DNA of 64,000 nt from Bryobacterales bacterium (GTDB taxonomy: Bacteria > Acidobacteriota > Terriglobia > Bryobacterales > UBA6623). Below are positions 46,940 to 57,240 of the stretch, piece by piece. Every line of letters starts with the position of its first letter. Position 1 is the first letter of the stretch. The translations under genes were made by a program, and so were the position numbers. The notes under the pieces are model-generated. The model did not search any database, was not told the DNA's origin, and worked only from the letters and a program-made list of their open reading frames with translations. The DNA is taken from contig CAXXKD010000001.1 of assembly GCA_963422375.2 (NCBI GenBank), positions 352,001 through 416,000 on the forward strand, in the 5' to 3' direction.

Positions 46940-47540
46940 CTAGGAGACCGAAGCCAGTGAATCGGCTCTGGATGCGCTGCGTCGCAATTGCGCGCCGGAC
47001 CCGCCAGTCATCCAATGCCAAGCTTGATGGGCGAAAACGGTACCCGAGGTGTCACCGAAAGAGGCTGCCCGCAGACTCATGAAACCGGTCGAACTTCGCT
47101 ACATCTGCGGGCCTTGGTGCGAGAGCCAGGCGGAATACTCGTAGGCATTGCCCCCGATAATCCCAGATCGATCTCCCTCGCGGTCTCCAGTGAGGACTAC
47201 CCGGGGTCGGGTTGTCGGCCCGAGCGCCCGGAACGCCGGACCTCGTGTACGAGCTGCCAGCGCGCCCCGGGTGATCGCAAAGGATCGACGCACTGACATG
47301 CGACAGGTCGACGCTGACAAAGGAGGCCGAGTCTCCCCGCTCTGAATCTTCCCGCCTTGGCCCGTCCGCACGTCCAACGGCCTGAAACCGGCGCTCTAGC
47401 ACCACGAGTTCCGGCTATCGGTGACCGCGAAGGGCAGCTGCCCTCGTCGCCCGAAACGATGCTGGCGGCCCTCGCAGTTTTGCGGTCACGATCCGCAGGC
47501 GGGACCGGACTCGTCTGTCAGCGGGCCGAGCGCGGCCCGG

Positions 47541-47894
47541 CTAACGCTTATCGGGGATGTGGATCACGATCTCGCCCGGTCTGGACCAGCCCAGCTGCTC
47601 CCTAGCCCGCTTCTCGATGCCGAATCGGCCCGGCATGAGCGCGTCGACCTCCGCCTCCAAGGCCTCGTTCTCGCTCTCGAGACGCTCGATTTGCTCCTTC
47701 AGATCTGCCTCCTTGCCAAGCGTCTCGACGAGCGATTGGAACGGGCCAATGCCGTTTACGTGAAGCACGCCGCCGAGCACGGCCACGGCCGGAATGCCGT
47801 ACAGCCAGACTGTCCACGGCGACATTCGCCGGGGACGGGCCCCGGCCTGCTCCCGGATCTTCTCGTGACGCTGGATGAAGCTGCGATCCGTCAC
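47541..47894 (-). CDS. ftsB: Septum formation initiator (FtsB/DivIC family)
   Basis: One TM helix, coiled coil and IEKRAREQLGWSRPGE. Confidence 0.8.
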   Translation of the reverse strand: MTDRSFIQRHEKIREQAGARPRRMSPWTVWLYGIPAVAVLGGVLHVNGIGPFQSLVETLGKEADLKEQIERLESENEALEAEVDALMPGRFGIEKRAREQLGWSRPGEIVIHIPDKR

Positions 47895-47935
47895 CAGTCC
47901 CCCCAGCTAGCAATGGTACCAGCATCCCGCCAATC

Positions 47936-47971
47936 TTAGATTCCCCTGTTTCGTTAGATTCCCCTGTTTCG
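47936..47971. repeat. 18-bp tandem direct repeat x2
   Basis: TTAGATTCCCCTGTTTCG repeated exactly in a divergent intergenic region. Confidence 0.95.
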
Positions 47972-48005
47972 GCGGCGGGAGGATTGCCTGCTATAGTTCG
48001 GTGGC

Positions 48006-48935
48006 ATGGCAGTTGTCCCGCCGTCGATTCCTCTGGGACGCAGGGCGTTCCTGGGCGCGTTGGCCGCCGTCGCGGGCGCGGCCGGCAAGCGTAAGTTCTA
48101 CACAGCTTTTGTGCCCGGCAGCCTCGGGGTCGAGGCTGACCAGGCGCACGCAATCGTCATGGCCGCTAGGTACGGCTTCGAGTCGGTACAACCCTTTCCG
48201 GCCGACCTGCTCAGGGACGGGGTCCGGCGTCATGTCGATGCCCTCGATATGCGCGGCCTGCGATGGGCGGCGGCCGGTCTACCGGTGAACTTCCGCGGGG
48301 GCGACGCAGAATTCGAGGACGGGATCGGCTCCCTTGCGCCGAAGGCGGACGCGCTGCAACGGGCCGGAGCGGCCCGTGTCGGGACTTGGCTGACGCCTTC
48401 GAGCGAGACGCTGACCTACGTGCGAAACTTCAAGCGGACGGCGGCGCGCCTGCGGCGCGTTGCCGAGGTTCTCGGCGACCACGGCCTGCGCCTAGGCCTA
48501 GAGTATGTCGGCACGAAGCGGAACTGGACGGCCTCCCGTCACTCGTTCGTGCATACGATGGCAGGTACCAAGGACCTGATCGCGGAAATCAACCGGCCCA
48601 ATGTCGGCTTCGTCCTGGACTCGTGGCACTGGTGGACTTCTCGCGAGACCGGCGACGACATCCGCGCCCTGTCCGCCAGCGAGGTCGTCTCGGCGGATCT
48701 CAACGACGCGCCTCGCGGGATTCCGCGGGACGAGCAGCACGACAACCGACGCGAGCTTCCGCTCGCCACGGGCGTGATCGACCTCCGGGAGTTCTTGGAA
48801 GCGCTGGTGGCGATCGGCTACGACGGGCCCATTCGCGCCGAGCCGTTCTCGCGCAAGCTCAGCGAAATGGACGACGGCGAGGCCAGCCGGCTCGCCGCCG
48901 AGGCCATGCGCAAGGCGTTCGACCTGGTGGCGTGA
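48006..48935 (+). CDS. Sugar phosphate isomerase/epimerase (xylose isomerase-like TIM barrel)
   Basis: Tat-like GRRAFL, RLGLEYVG, LDSWHW, LNDAP and GVIDL...GYDGPIRAEPF. Confidence 0.88.
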   Translation: MAVVPPSIPLGRRAFLGALAAVAGAAGKRKFYTAFVPGSLGVEADQAHAIVMAARYGFESVQPFPADLLRDGVRRHVDALDMRGLRWAAAGLPVNFRGGDAEFEDGIGSLAPKADALQRAGAARVGTWLTPSSETLTYVRNFKRTAARLRRVAEVLGDHGLRLGLEYVGTKRNWTASRHSFVHTMAGTKDLIAEINRPNVGFVLDSWHWWTSRETGDDIRALSASEVVSADLNDAPRGIPRDEQHDNRRELPLATGVIDLREFLEALVAIGYDGPIRAEPFSRKLSEMDDGEASRLAAEAMRKAFDLVA

Positions 48936-48980
48936 CCTCCCGGCCCGCTTTCGGGCCGGGCTCCCGTTCCCTGTGGCAAG

Positions 48981-50648
48981 ATGAGACTTGGGAGCGTGCG
49001 CGTGGTCCCGGTCCGCACATGGCTTGCCGCCGGGTTGGCGTGCGTCGGCCCCTGGGGGCTGGCTTCCGGCCAGCCCCGGCCGCTTCTCTCCTGCACGACC
49101 GCGGCATCTCCCGGGCCCGTCTACGCCGGCGGTATCGCCGAGTCTCTCGCTGACATCGTCCTGACGTGCGATGCCAATGGCGGCGCAGGCCCGTCGGCAG
49201 CCCCGGATGTGCGGGTTGACGTCTCGGTCACCTTGAACGTGAGCGTTTCCAACGCCGTCGGCGCGGGCGGCGACGGCGAGCTGAGCGATGCCGTCCTCTC
49301 GGTGAACGACAACGATTGCGACGCGCCGAGCACCAGCGGTTCTTCGTTCGGGGTTTGCGACGCTCCGCGCGCGGACGTGCAGGACCCGCAGTTCGGGCGC
49401 CTCGCGTCGCCCACGACGCTCGAATGGCTCGACGTGACCCTGCCGCCGTCCGCGGCCCGAGCGACGCTGCGGATCCGCGGAATCCGGGGCAACGCTTCGC
49501 AGCTGCGCCTAGTGGCCGGTACCGGGCAACCCAGTCCTCCCGTCACGGCGACGGTGAGCGTTCGCTCAGATACAGCCGTCGCCGTGAGAAACAGCGTGGT
49601 GAGGCTCGGCTTCCCGATTCCGGGAGTCGCCGTGGAAGTTGCCGAGGCGTCCTCCTCCGCCGCCTGTCTCGGCGACCTACGGGGCAGGGCTTCAATTCGG
49701 CTGAAGGAGGGCTTTACCCACGCCTTCACAGCCGTGCCAGCGAAACGCTCGGGGAGCGCTTCGACGCGCATTCTCCTCGACTTCCACGACGTGCCGGACG
49801 ACGTATCGGTGAGCCTGTCACCGGCGGTGGGATGCCACCAGCCCGACCACGACGGCAGCGACGCCGACGGCAGGGACAGGGCCACTCTCGGCTTGGTGAG
49901 CGGGCACGGACGAGACGGCACCGGCGGGGTCGCCGGCCACGGCCCGCTCGAGTCGCCGCCCACTGTCGCGGTCGCCTTGGACCACGGTTTCGGGAGGGCT
50001 GTCTACGAGGTGCAGTCGGACGATCCCACGCGGGTGGAGGACTGTCACGTGCCCGTCCGGCTCGAGTCAGAATCCGACCGGGTGTCAAGCGCTCGCGTCA
50101 GCGTGCGGGCAGGGCTAGGGCCTCTCGGTGCTGCTTACGTCTCGAGCGAGGACGCGCCGGTTCCTCGGTTCGCCGCTCCGCCTCTGTCCAGTGCCGTCGA
50201 CATTGACCTCGCCGCCTGCGGAACTACGCTGCTCTTTCCGTTCGTAACGAACCAAGCGGGCTTTTCCACGTCGCTCCTCATCACTCACGGATCGAGGCAG
50301 GCGCTGACGAGTTCGTCGCCGGGCCGGGCGGCCTCCTGCGACCTGCACTACTACGGCTCGACTTCCGAAGGCCGTGGAGTGCTGCTGGTGCAGCACTCCA
50401 CGGCTATCGATCCCGGGGAGCAGCTGTCATTCAACCTTGCGGCTGGCAACTTGGAACAGAACATCGTCGGAACGGAGCAGTTTCAAGGCTACATCATGGC
50501 GGTCTGCGGCTATCCGGACGCTCGCGGCTACGCCTTCATCTCGGACGGCTTCGGCGACATCCCCGACTTGGCGATGGGCTATCTAGCCCCTGTCGTTCCG
50601 CTGGGCCCGGGCGGCAGGCGCTTGCCGATGGGCGAGGGCCAGCCGTGA
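48981..50648 (+). CDS. Secreted Cys-containing beta-rich protein (Bryobacter/Solibacter-type, S-layer-like), paralog 1
   Basis: Signal peptide; ESLADIVLTC, LRIRGIRGNASQL, CGTTLLFPFVTNQAGF, FQGYIMAVC and MGYLA. Confidence 0.75.
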   Translation: MRLGSVRVVPVRTWLAAGLACVGPWGLASGQPRPLLSCTTAASPGPVYAGGIAESLADIVLTCDANGGAGPSAAPDVRVDVSVTLNVSVSNAVGAGGDGELSDAVLSVNDNDCDAPSTSGSSFGVCDAPRADVQDPQFGRLASPTTLEWLDVTLPPSAARATLRIRGIRGNASQLRLVAGTGQPSPPVTATVSVRSDTAVAVRNSVVRLGFPIPGVAVEVAEASSSAACLGDLRGRASIRLKEGFTHAFTAVPAKRSGSASTRILLDFHDVPDDVSVSLSPAVGCHQPDHDGSDADGRDRATLGLVSGHGRDGTGGVAGHGPLESPPTVAVALDHGFGRAVYEVQSDDPTRVEDCHVPVRLESESDRVSSARVSVRAGLGPLGAAYVSSEDAPVPRFAAPPLSSAVDIDLAACGTTLLFPFVTNQAGFSTSLLITHGSRQALTSSSPGRAASCDLHYYGSTSEGRGVLLVQHSTAIDPGEQLSFNLAAGNLEQNIVGTEQFQGYIMAVCGYPDARGYAFISDGFGDIPDLAMGYLAPVVPLGPGGRRLPMGEGQP

Positions 50649-52489
50649 GCGCTCGAGTCCGTCTGGCCAGGAGTGTCCTGATGGGACTAAACCGGCCCGG
50701 CCGGTGCGGGGCCCGCTGGGCGGTCCTGCTGCTCGCCTGCTGCGGGGCCCGAGCCCAAGAGACGCTCCCGGACCCGAGCGCGGATCTGGGTGACATCTAT
50801 TGCACGGCGACGGCAACCGTGCCCCTCGTGCGGCTCGAGGGCACGAGCGAGCTGGTGGGCGACATTCTGCTTACCTGCTACAACTCCGGCGCGGTTACCG
50901 CGGTTACTAGGCCTTTCTCGAGCGGGTTTCTGGAAGCGGATGTGAGGCTCTCGCTGAATGTGGCTGTCGGCAACCGCGTGGGCACCGGAGGGGCACTGGC
51001 AGACGCGGTCCTCGTCGTCAACGGCAAGGACTGCCCTGCGTCCGGCGCGGCGCGCACCTTCGCCTCGTGCGGCCATGCCGACAGGACAGTCCAGGATCCG
51101 ATGCTGGCGTACCGGGACTCCTCGCAGCGCGGCACCCTGACTTGGCGCGGAGTCGCGATTCCGATCCCCGGTGCGCCGACGGGTGCCGACGGAGGCCGTG
51201 CGGCGCCGGTGGCGGACTGCTCCGGACGGTACGGGCTTCCGGGCGGATGTCACCCCCGCGCGACCACCATCCGCCTGACCAACATTCGTGCCAACGCCTC
51301 CGAGCTGGGTGCTAGCGGCGAGCCGACCGCGGTGGCTATCCCGATCGAGGCTTCGCTGGATGTGGCCGCTCCGGGCGCGACGGTGCGGATCGAAGGCGGC
51401 CTCCTGCGGGTAGCGGAAGCCGCTGCGGGGCTGAAGGCTGGAGTGCGCTCCCCGGTGCCCGAGCGCCTCTGCTCCCATGGCGAGACAGTCTCCGAAGTCG
51501 CCGTTTCCGAGGGATTCGCCACCGCCTTCAAGACAAGGGGAGTTGCCTCGGACCGGCCAGGTGACCCGGGCTGGGACGAGGCCTTCTACCGCCTCGCCGC
51601 GGACGGCTTCGATCCCGACGCCGGGCTGGCTGGCACGCGGATCCGCGTCGCGCTGGCCGGCCTTCCGGCGGGGGTGTCAGTCTTCGCGCCGACCCGCGTC
51701 GCATGTGCGCCCGACGGACTGCCCGGTACGCTGGAGCTGCGGTTAGTCGAGGGCGCTTCCGCCAGCGGGCTCGGCGGGTCGCTTGCCGGCAGCGCCGGAG
51801 GCGAGCGGTCCATGCTCGCGAGCGAGGACTTCGGGGCGCGGGCCGTGTACGAGGTCACGCAGGCCGACCCGCTGGTCCGGGAGGAATGCAGCATTCCCAT
51901 CCGCTTCGAGCGAACAGACCTCAATGCAAGGGCGGCCTTCGGCAGCAGAGTAGTCCTGTCCGTCGGCCTCGCCCCGGCCGGGCCGCCATCGCCTGGAGGT
52001 CGCGGGGACTACGGGCAGCGTTTCGTCAACGTCAACCGGCGAGGCCGACCGCGGATTGACCTTGTCGACTGCGGCACGACTCTGTTTTTCCCCTTCGTTA
52101 CAAGCCGCACTAACTTCGACACCGGGGTCGTGATAGCGAACACTTCGGCCGACCCGCTTGGTACCAGGCACGAGTCCGGCCAGTGCATCCTGCGCTACCA
52201 CGGCTCGCGGCAGTCCGGCCAGCCGGTCGAGCCGTCCATCCAGAGGTCGGCTTCTGTGCAGCCCGGCAAGCAGCTGGCCTTCACTGTCTCAAGCGGCAGC
52301 CCGGCTAACGGTCTCGCGCCCTTGGCAGGCTTCCAGGGCTACTTGGTCGCCGAGTGCGAGTTCCGGCACGCGCACGGATTCGCGTTCGTGACCGAGCAGG
52401 TCAACGGCGCTGCCATCTTGGCCCAGGGCTATCTCGCCGAGATCGTGCACGGGGAGGCCAGCGCAGGGGCGTCCGCTGGGCCTCCCTAG
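50645..52489 (+). CDS. Secreted Cys-containing beta-rich protein, paralog 2
   Basis: VRLEGTSELVGDILLTC, IRLTNIRANASEL, CGTTLFFPFVT, FQGYLVAEC and QGYLA; GTGA overlap with paralog 1. Confidence 0.78.
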   Translation: MSARVRLARSVLMGLNRPGRCGARWAVLLLACCGARAQETLPDPSADLGDIYCTATATVPLVRLEGTSELVGDILLTCYNSGAVTAVTRPFSSGFLEADVRLSLNVAVGNRVGTGGALADAVLVVNGKDCPASGAARTFASCGHADRTVQDPMLAYRDSSQRGTLTWRGVAIPIPGAPTGADGGRAAPVADCSGRYGLPGGCHPRATTIRLTNIRANASELGASGEPTAVAIPIEASLDVAAPGATVRIEGGLLRVAEAAAGLKAGVRSPVPERLCSHGETVSEVAVSEGFATAFKTRGVASDRPGDPGWDEAFYRLAADGFDPDAGLAGTRIRVALAGLPAGVSVFAPTRVACAPDGLPGTLELRLVEGASASGLGGSLAGSAGGERSMLASEDFGARAVYEVTQADPLVREECSIPIRFERTDLNARAAFGSRVVLSVGLAPAGPPSPGGRGDYGQRFVNVNRRGRPRIDLVDCGTTLFFPFVTSRTNFDTGVVIANTSADPLGTRHESGQCILRYHGSRQSGQPVEPSIQRSASVQPGKQLAFTVSSGSPANGLAPLAGFQGYLVAECEFRHAHGFAFVTEQVNGAAILAQGYLAEIVHGEASAGASAGPP

Positions 52490-52539
52490 GTGTCGGTAGG
52501 GAATTGGCGCTTGCTAGATTGGTTAGGGGAGAGTTAGGA

Positions 52540-53562
52540 GTGCCTTCAGAATCGGGGCGGGACCAAGCATCGCAGGGGGCGGACGTCCGCGAAATCGGCC
52601 GGCGGGTCGAGTCCGAGGCGGCCGTGCTGGCCGCGGTGCGTCGCGAGATCGGACGGATCATCGTCGGACAGGAAGCGCTGGTCGACGGACTCATTCTCGC
52701 TCTGCTTTGCAACAATCACGTGCTCATCGAGGGCGTGCCGGGTCTTGCGAAGACGCTGTCCGTGACGACGCTCGCCGGGGCGATCCGAGCCTCGTTCCGG
52801 CGAATCCAGTTCACGCCCGACCTGCTACCGGCCGACCTGATCGGCACGATGATCTACTCCCCGCGGGACGGAGGCTTCAGCACCAAGAAGGGCCCGATCT
52901 TCGCCAATGTCGTGCTGGCCGACGAGATCAACCGCGCCCCGGCTAAGGTGCAGAGCGCCCTGCTCGAGGCCATGCAGGAGCGACAGGTGACGATCGGGGA
53001 AGAGACCTATGCGCTTGACGATCCATTCCTAGTGCTCGCCACGCAGAATCCGATCGAGCAGGAAGGCACCTATCCGCTGCCGGAAGCGCAGGTCGACAGA
53101 TTCATGTTCAAGCTGCGCGTGGGCTACCCGACGCGGGCACAGGAACTCGAGATCCTCCGACGCATGGCGCGAACTCGAGTGGAGCACGAAGTCGCCCCGG
53201 TTCTCGCCCCGGCCGACATCGTGCGGCTGCGGCAGCTGGCTGACTCGGTCTACATGGACGCGAAGATCGAGGAGTATATCGTTGACCTAATCGAGGCGAC
53301 CCGGCGGCCCGAGGAATACAAGCTGGATATCGGCGAGTGGATTCGGCACGGCGCATCGCCCCGAGCCACGATCTATCTCGCCATGGCAGCGCGCGCTCGC
53401 TCGATGCTGCAAGGCCGGGGATTCGTGATCCCGCAAGATGTCAAGTCGGTGGCCCCGGACGTTCTACGGCACCGCGTCATGGTGACATACGAGGCGGAAG
53501 CGGAAGAACTCTCGCCCGAGGACATCGTGCAGCGGGTGCTGGACGGCGTTGAAGTCCCCTAG
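52540..53562 (+). CDS. moxR: MoxR family AAA+ ATPase
   Basis: [38 protein letters not shown] and [25 protein letters not shown] start at 52540. Confidence 0.95.
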   Translation: MPSESGRDQASQGADVREIGRRVESEAAVLAAVRREIGRIIVGQEALVDGLILALLCNNHVLIEGVPGLAKTLSVTTLAGAIRASFRRIQFTPDLLPADLIGTMIYSPRDGGFSTKKGPIFANVVLADEINRAPAKVQSALLEAMQERQVTIGEETYALDDPFLVLATQNPIEQEGTYPLPEAQVDRFMFKLRVGYPTRAQELEILRRMARTRVEHEVAPVLAPADIVRLRQLADSVYMDAKIEEYIVDLIEATRRPEEYKLDIGEWIRHGASPRATIYLAMAARARSMLQGRGFVIPQDVKSVAPDVLRHRVMVTYEAEAEELSPEDIVQRVLDGVEVP

Positions 53563-54250
53563 CTAGTGCCCGGGACCGGCCCCCCATTTGGGCCGGAGTG
53601 GCGCGAATCGAGCATGTTCTCGGCACATGCGACCTATATTTTCAATATCTTCGTATTATACGCCGTGTTCCTTGTCGATTGTTGCGATTTCGCAAGGATC
53701 CTCGGAAGTCGCACGATGATACTTCAGCGAAGATAATCACGAATCCCGGCATTTCGGGCCGAATGACACGGGAATCTGGAATTCTTCGACCCGTAGTCTT
53801 GCCGACACCCACGGACGCGCAGTGGATAGTGCGGTCCATTGAGGTCACTGCATTGAGGAATACTAGAACATTAACAGAATAGACAAAATACCAATCAAGA
53901 ATCCACCCCATCTCCTGTTGCCTGCCCCAAGGTGAGTGGGTGTTGTTACAACCACTCGCTAGAGTCGTGCATCTCGTTGTGCGGCCGGCACCAGCCGGTC
54001 GGCGGGGCGACTCTCTCATGGAGAACCTCTGCCGTCATTGGGATCATCTTCGAGACGCCGTGGCGTTTGTCATACGTTCCGGAACGCGCCGAGTCGCCGG
54101 TCCACTTGCAAGGTTTGCGGCATCAGGGCAGGTAGGCTCGACTTGCTTGACCCTGTTGTGCCCAGCGGCAGAGTCATAGCCTTTCGTAAGGGAATTATAT
54201 ATCTGAGTTCCGAGGGAATCGAGTCGGCAAATTATCAAGCCATAATAAGA

Positions 54251-55292
54251 CCTGATTACCCACAAGACTCAGCCAAGGTTAGGAGGCGGTAAGGCATGGG
54301 CGGGGTGCGCACGGAGGCGTGGAGCAGGCGGGGGACCAGCGCCTGCAGGTCGTAGCGGCGGTTGAAGCGGTAGCGGAACTCGGCGAGGTACCGCGGCAGG
54401 TGCTTGCCGTCGAGCGCATGGCAGGTTCCCGCCAGGGACTGCTTGACGTGCGCCAGCAGCGTGTTGCTCCAGACGCAGCGGGAATCCCCGCAGCTCCGCT
54501 TCCCGCCTCCGGTGCCGGTCGGCACGTGCTCGCAGCCGGCGTCGGCCCCGCCCCGGAAGCAGGCCAAGCCGTCGGAATGCACCTCCGTGCCGGGCTGCAA
54601 GTGCCGCCCGGCCCACGCTGCCAGCGTCTTCTTGCGCAAGCCCGCCACGCTGGCCACGCTGCTCAGGCGCATCCTTGCCGGCTGGCCGTCGGCGGTGACC
54701 TGCACGGCGGCGACGAACGGCGTCTTGCCCGCCGCGCCGCGCCCGTGCTTGCCGCCGGTCCGCTCCCCGCCCCAGTAGGCATCGTCCACCTGCACGATGC
54801 CGCCCGGCGGCACGCGCTCGTCGCGCTCCTTCATCGCTTGCAGGAGCTTGTGCTTCACCTTCCAGGCCATGTTCCGGCTCACGCCCAGCTGCCGCGCCAG
54901 TTCCAGCGGCGAAACGCCGTGCTTGCCCTGCGTCAGCAGGTGGATCGCCAGGAACCAGACGGTCAGCGGCAGCTGGGTGGCGGCGAAGATCGTGCCGGCG
55001 ACGAGGGAGGTCTGGCGGTGGCAGGCATGGCACTGCCAGAGCTTGCGGGAGCGGATACGGCAGTGCCGTCGGGAGCCGCACTCCGGGCAGCGGAAGCCGT
55101 CCGGCCAGCGGGCGTTGAAGACGGCGTGCTCGCATGGCCCCTCGCTGCCGTAGTGCTGCAGGAACTTGCCCAGGCTGAGTCCCTTCTGGAATTGCACGCG
55201 ATTGCGTTTCAGCTGCTATCCCCTTTCCTATTAGAGATTTCCGACCTCCTCCAGTATAGCATATCCTCGTCTGGTGTTCGTTGGTAATCAGG
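54251..55292 (-). mobile_element. IS1595 subgroup element (copy D) nested in the left end of copy B
   Basis: Ends CCTGATTACC ... GGTAATCAGG; near-identical to copy C; start ATG changed to CTG (55210-55212); 9-bp duplication (SSVASVAG). Confidence 0.92.
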
Positions 55293-55324
55293 TAAATCAA
55301 TTTGATATTTATTCTGGATATCTG

Positions 55325-55354
55325 TTGACATTTGGTGGAGTATTTTGATAGAAT
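55325..55354 (+). promoter_or_regulatory. IS transposase promoter
   Basis: TTGACA-N18-TAGAAT, identical in copy A. Confidence 0.7.
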
Positions 55355-56671
55355 AGTTCCAATATATGAGGTCGTCTATGAAGCAGGAATGTCCCGGGAA
55401 GTGGTTTCGTAAAGGCATCACTCTGATTGAAGTGATCGCCATGTTCCGCGATGACGAATCCGCGGAAAAGTGGTTCGCCTCCATGCGCTGGCCCGACGGT
55501 CCGGTATGCCCCCACTGCCGCGGCTCCAGCGTGCAGTCCGGCACGGCCCACCCTTCGATGCCGTACCGTTGCCGCGGCTGCGGCAGGCGCTTTTCCGTGC
55601 GCACCGGCAGCGTGATGGCCGACACCAAGCTCGGCTACCGCACCTGGGCTGTCGCCCTGTTCCTGCTGACTACCGGCATCAAGGGCGTCTCAAGCATGAA
55701 GCTGTACCGCGACCTGGGCATCAGCCAGAAGTCGGCCTGGCACCTGGCGCACCGCATCCGCGCGTGCTGGGAGCGGCATCAGGGCCTGTTCGCCGGCCCG
55801 GTGGAGGTGGACGAGACCTACGTCGGCGGCAAGGAGCGCAACAAGCACGAGAGGAAGAAGGCCCGCGCCGGGCGCGGGCCCGTTGGCAAGACACCCGTGG
55901 CGGGGGCGCGGGACCGCGCCACGAACGCAGTGGCCGCGCGGCCGCTGCCGGGCACCGCCAAGGGCGACCTGCAGGGCTTCGTGCGCGCCCGCGTCGTGCC
56001 GGGCGCGCAGCTCCGCTCCGACGAGGCGGCGGCCTGCGCCGGCATGGAGGAGTTCCCGCACGAAGCCGTCAGGCACTCCCGCGGCGAGTACGTGCGCGGG
56101 GCAGCGCATACGAACGGCATCGAGTCGTTTTGGTCCCTGTTCAAGCGCGGCCTGTACGGAACCTATCACCGGATGAGCGTCCGTCATCTCGGCCGCTACC
56201 TGACGGAGTTCGCGGGACGGTGCAACGACCGCGACTGCGACACGGCGGAACAGATGCGGCGCATGGCGCGGGGCCTGGTCGGCCGGACGCTGACCTACCG
56301 GCAACTGGTCGGCAAGGCCGCAGTCGCGGCCGGAGCACGGTCTAGCCGGTCAGCTGCAGCCTCTCTTCACGCTCGGTGCGAAGGGCGCTCCGGATCCGGA
56401 ATCCCGCGCCGCGACCGGTGTCCGGCCTGGACTATTCATAGATGCAGCCGTCTTGGAAGGGGAGCCTCTCCACGGCAATCCGGGTTCCACCGGGGCGCCC
56501 GAGGCGGCCTCACTAGTCCGTGCGCCGCCAAATCCGCTTGCAGAATCGATTCAGATACGAACCGACCCTTCGGTGCCCACCTCGGCCGCACACGAAAGAC
56601 CCGAGCTAGACGCCGACGTCCCCAATCAGAGCAGTTCTAGCCGGATATGGCGTTGTCGGCACTCAGATATA

Positions 56672-56930
56672 TAGTGCTTGTGACAAAACCCCTGAATTCT
56701 GGCCCGATCAGCATTTCATACTACATCCTGAGGTCGGATGGATCTCCAAACACAACATATAGGGCCCAAGGTCGGAAGTTGCTCAGACGCCAATCGCGAA
56801 GATTTCCGCGCTCTACCCAGAATCGCCAGGATTTCGGATTAGTCGTAGCATTCCAGCGAAATCTTCGCCTTGAGAGATTGGACCTAACGCCTTTGTTGTC
56901 AAGGGGATACGAGTTTTGTCACGGGCACTA
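56672..56930. mobile_element. Non-autonomous MITE (~260 bp) inserted in the right inverted repeat of copy B
   Basis: Ends TAGTGCTTGTGACAAAAC ... GTTTTGTCACGGGCACTA within the TATATA of the host repeat; no transposase. Confidence 0.85.
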
Positions 56931-57240
56931 TATAATTCCCTTTCGTAACTAGCACCACTTCACGACTCACCCATGGACACATGAATGCGGCGTGTTCACT
57001 CGGAGGGCATGAAATCGGGCACGGGCGCGGCAGCGCTGGGTTGAGATCATGGGTGACGGAAGCGGGGACAGCACGTCAATCATTCTGACAGGCGGAGCGC
57101 CAGCCCCGGATTGCGATCCCAACAGCCATGCGGGCACTCCGGCCGCCTCACCCCGCGCAATGAAAACAGACGATAGAGCACGGGGCGACGGAGCCTGCGC
57201 GACACCGTGGGTGGCTGTGTTCGTTGGATCGAGCGCGGCC

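Larger units (their letters stand above)
54190..56940 (+). mobile_element. IS1595 family, ISNwi1-like (copy B), with two nested insertions
   Basis: GGGAATTATATATCTGAG ... TATATAATTCCC with a perfect 8-bp target duplication TTTCGTAA. Transposase from 55366; the TGA of copy A is GGA here (56332), so the ORF reads to 56640. Confidence 0.95.

Noticed and set aside
47936..47971. CRISPR-like repeat
   Set aside because: Two abutting 18-bp copies with no spacer; no array or cas gene seen in the window.
53563..54181. Gene interrupted by IS copy B
   Set aside because: Joining the flanks gives no recognisable protein in the frames checked.
26948..54189. Composite transposon or simple inversion bounded by ISNwi1 copies A and B
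   Set aside because: Copy B has its own intact target duplication, so it inserted independently.
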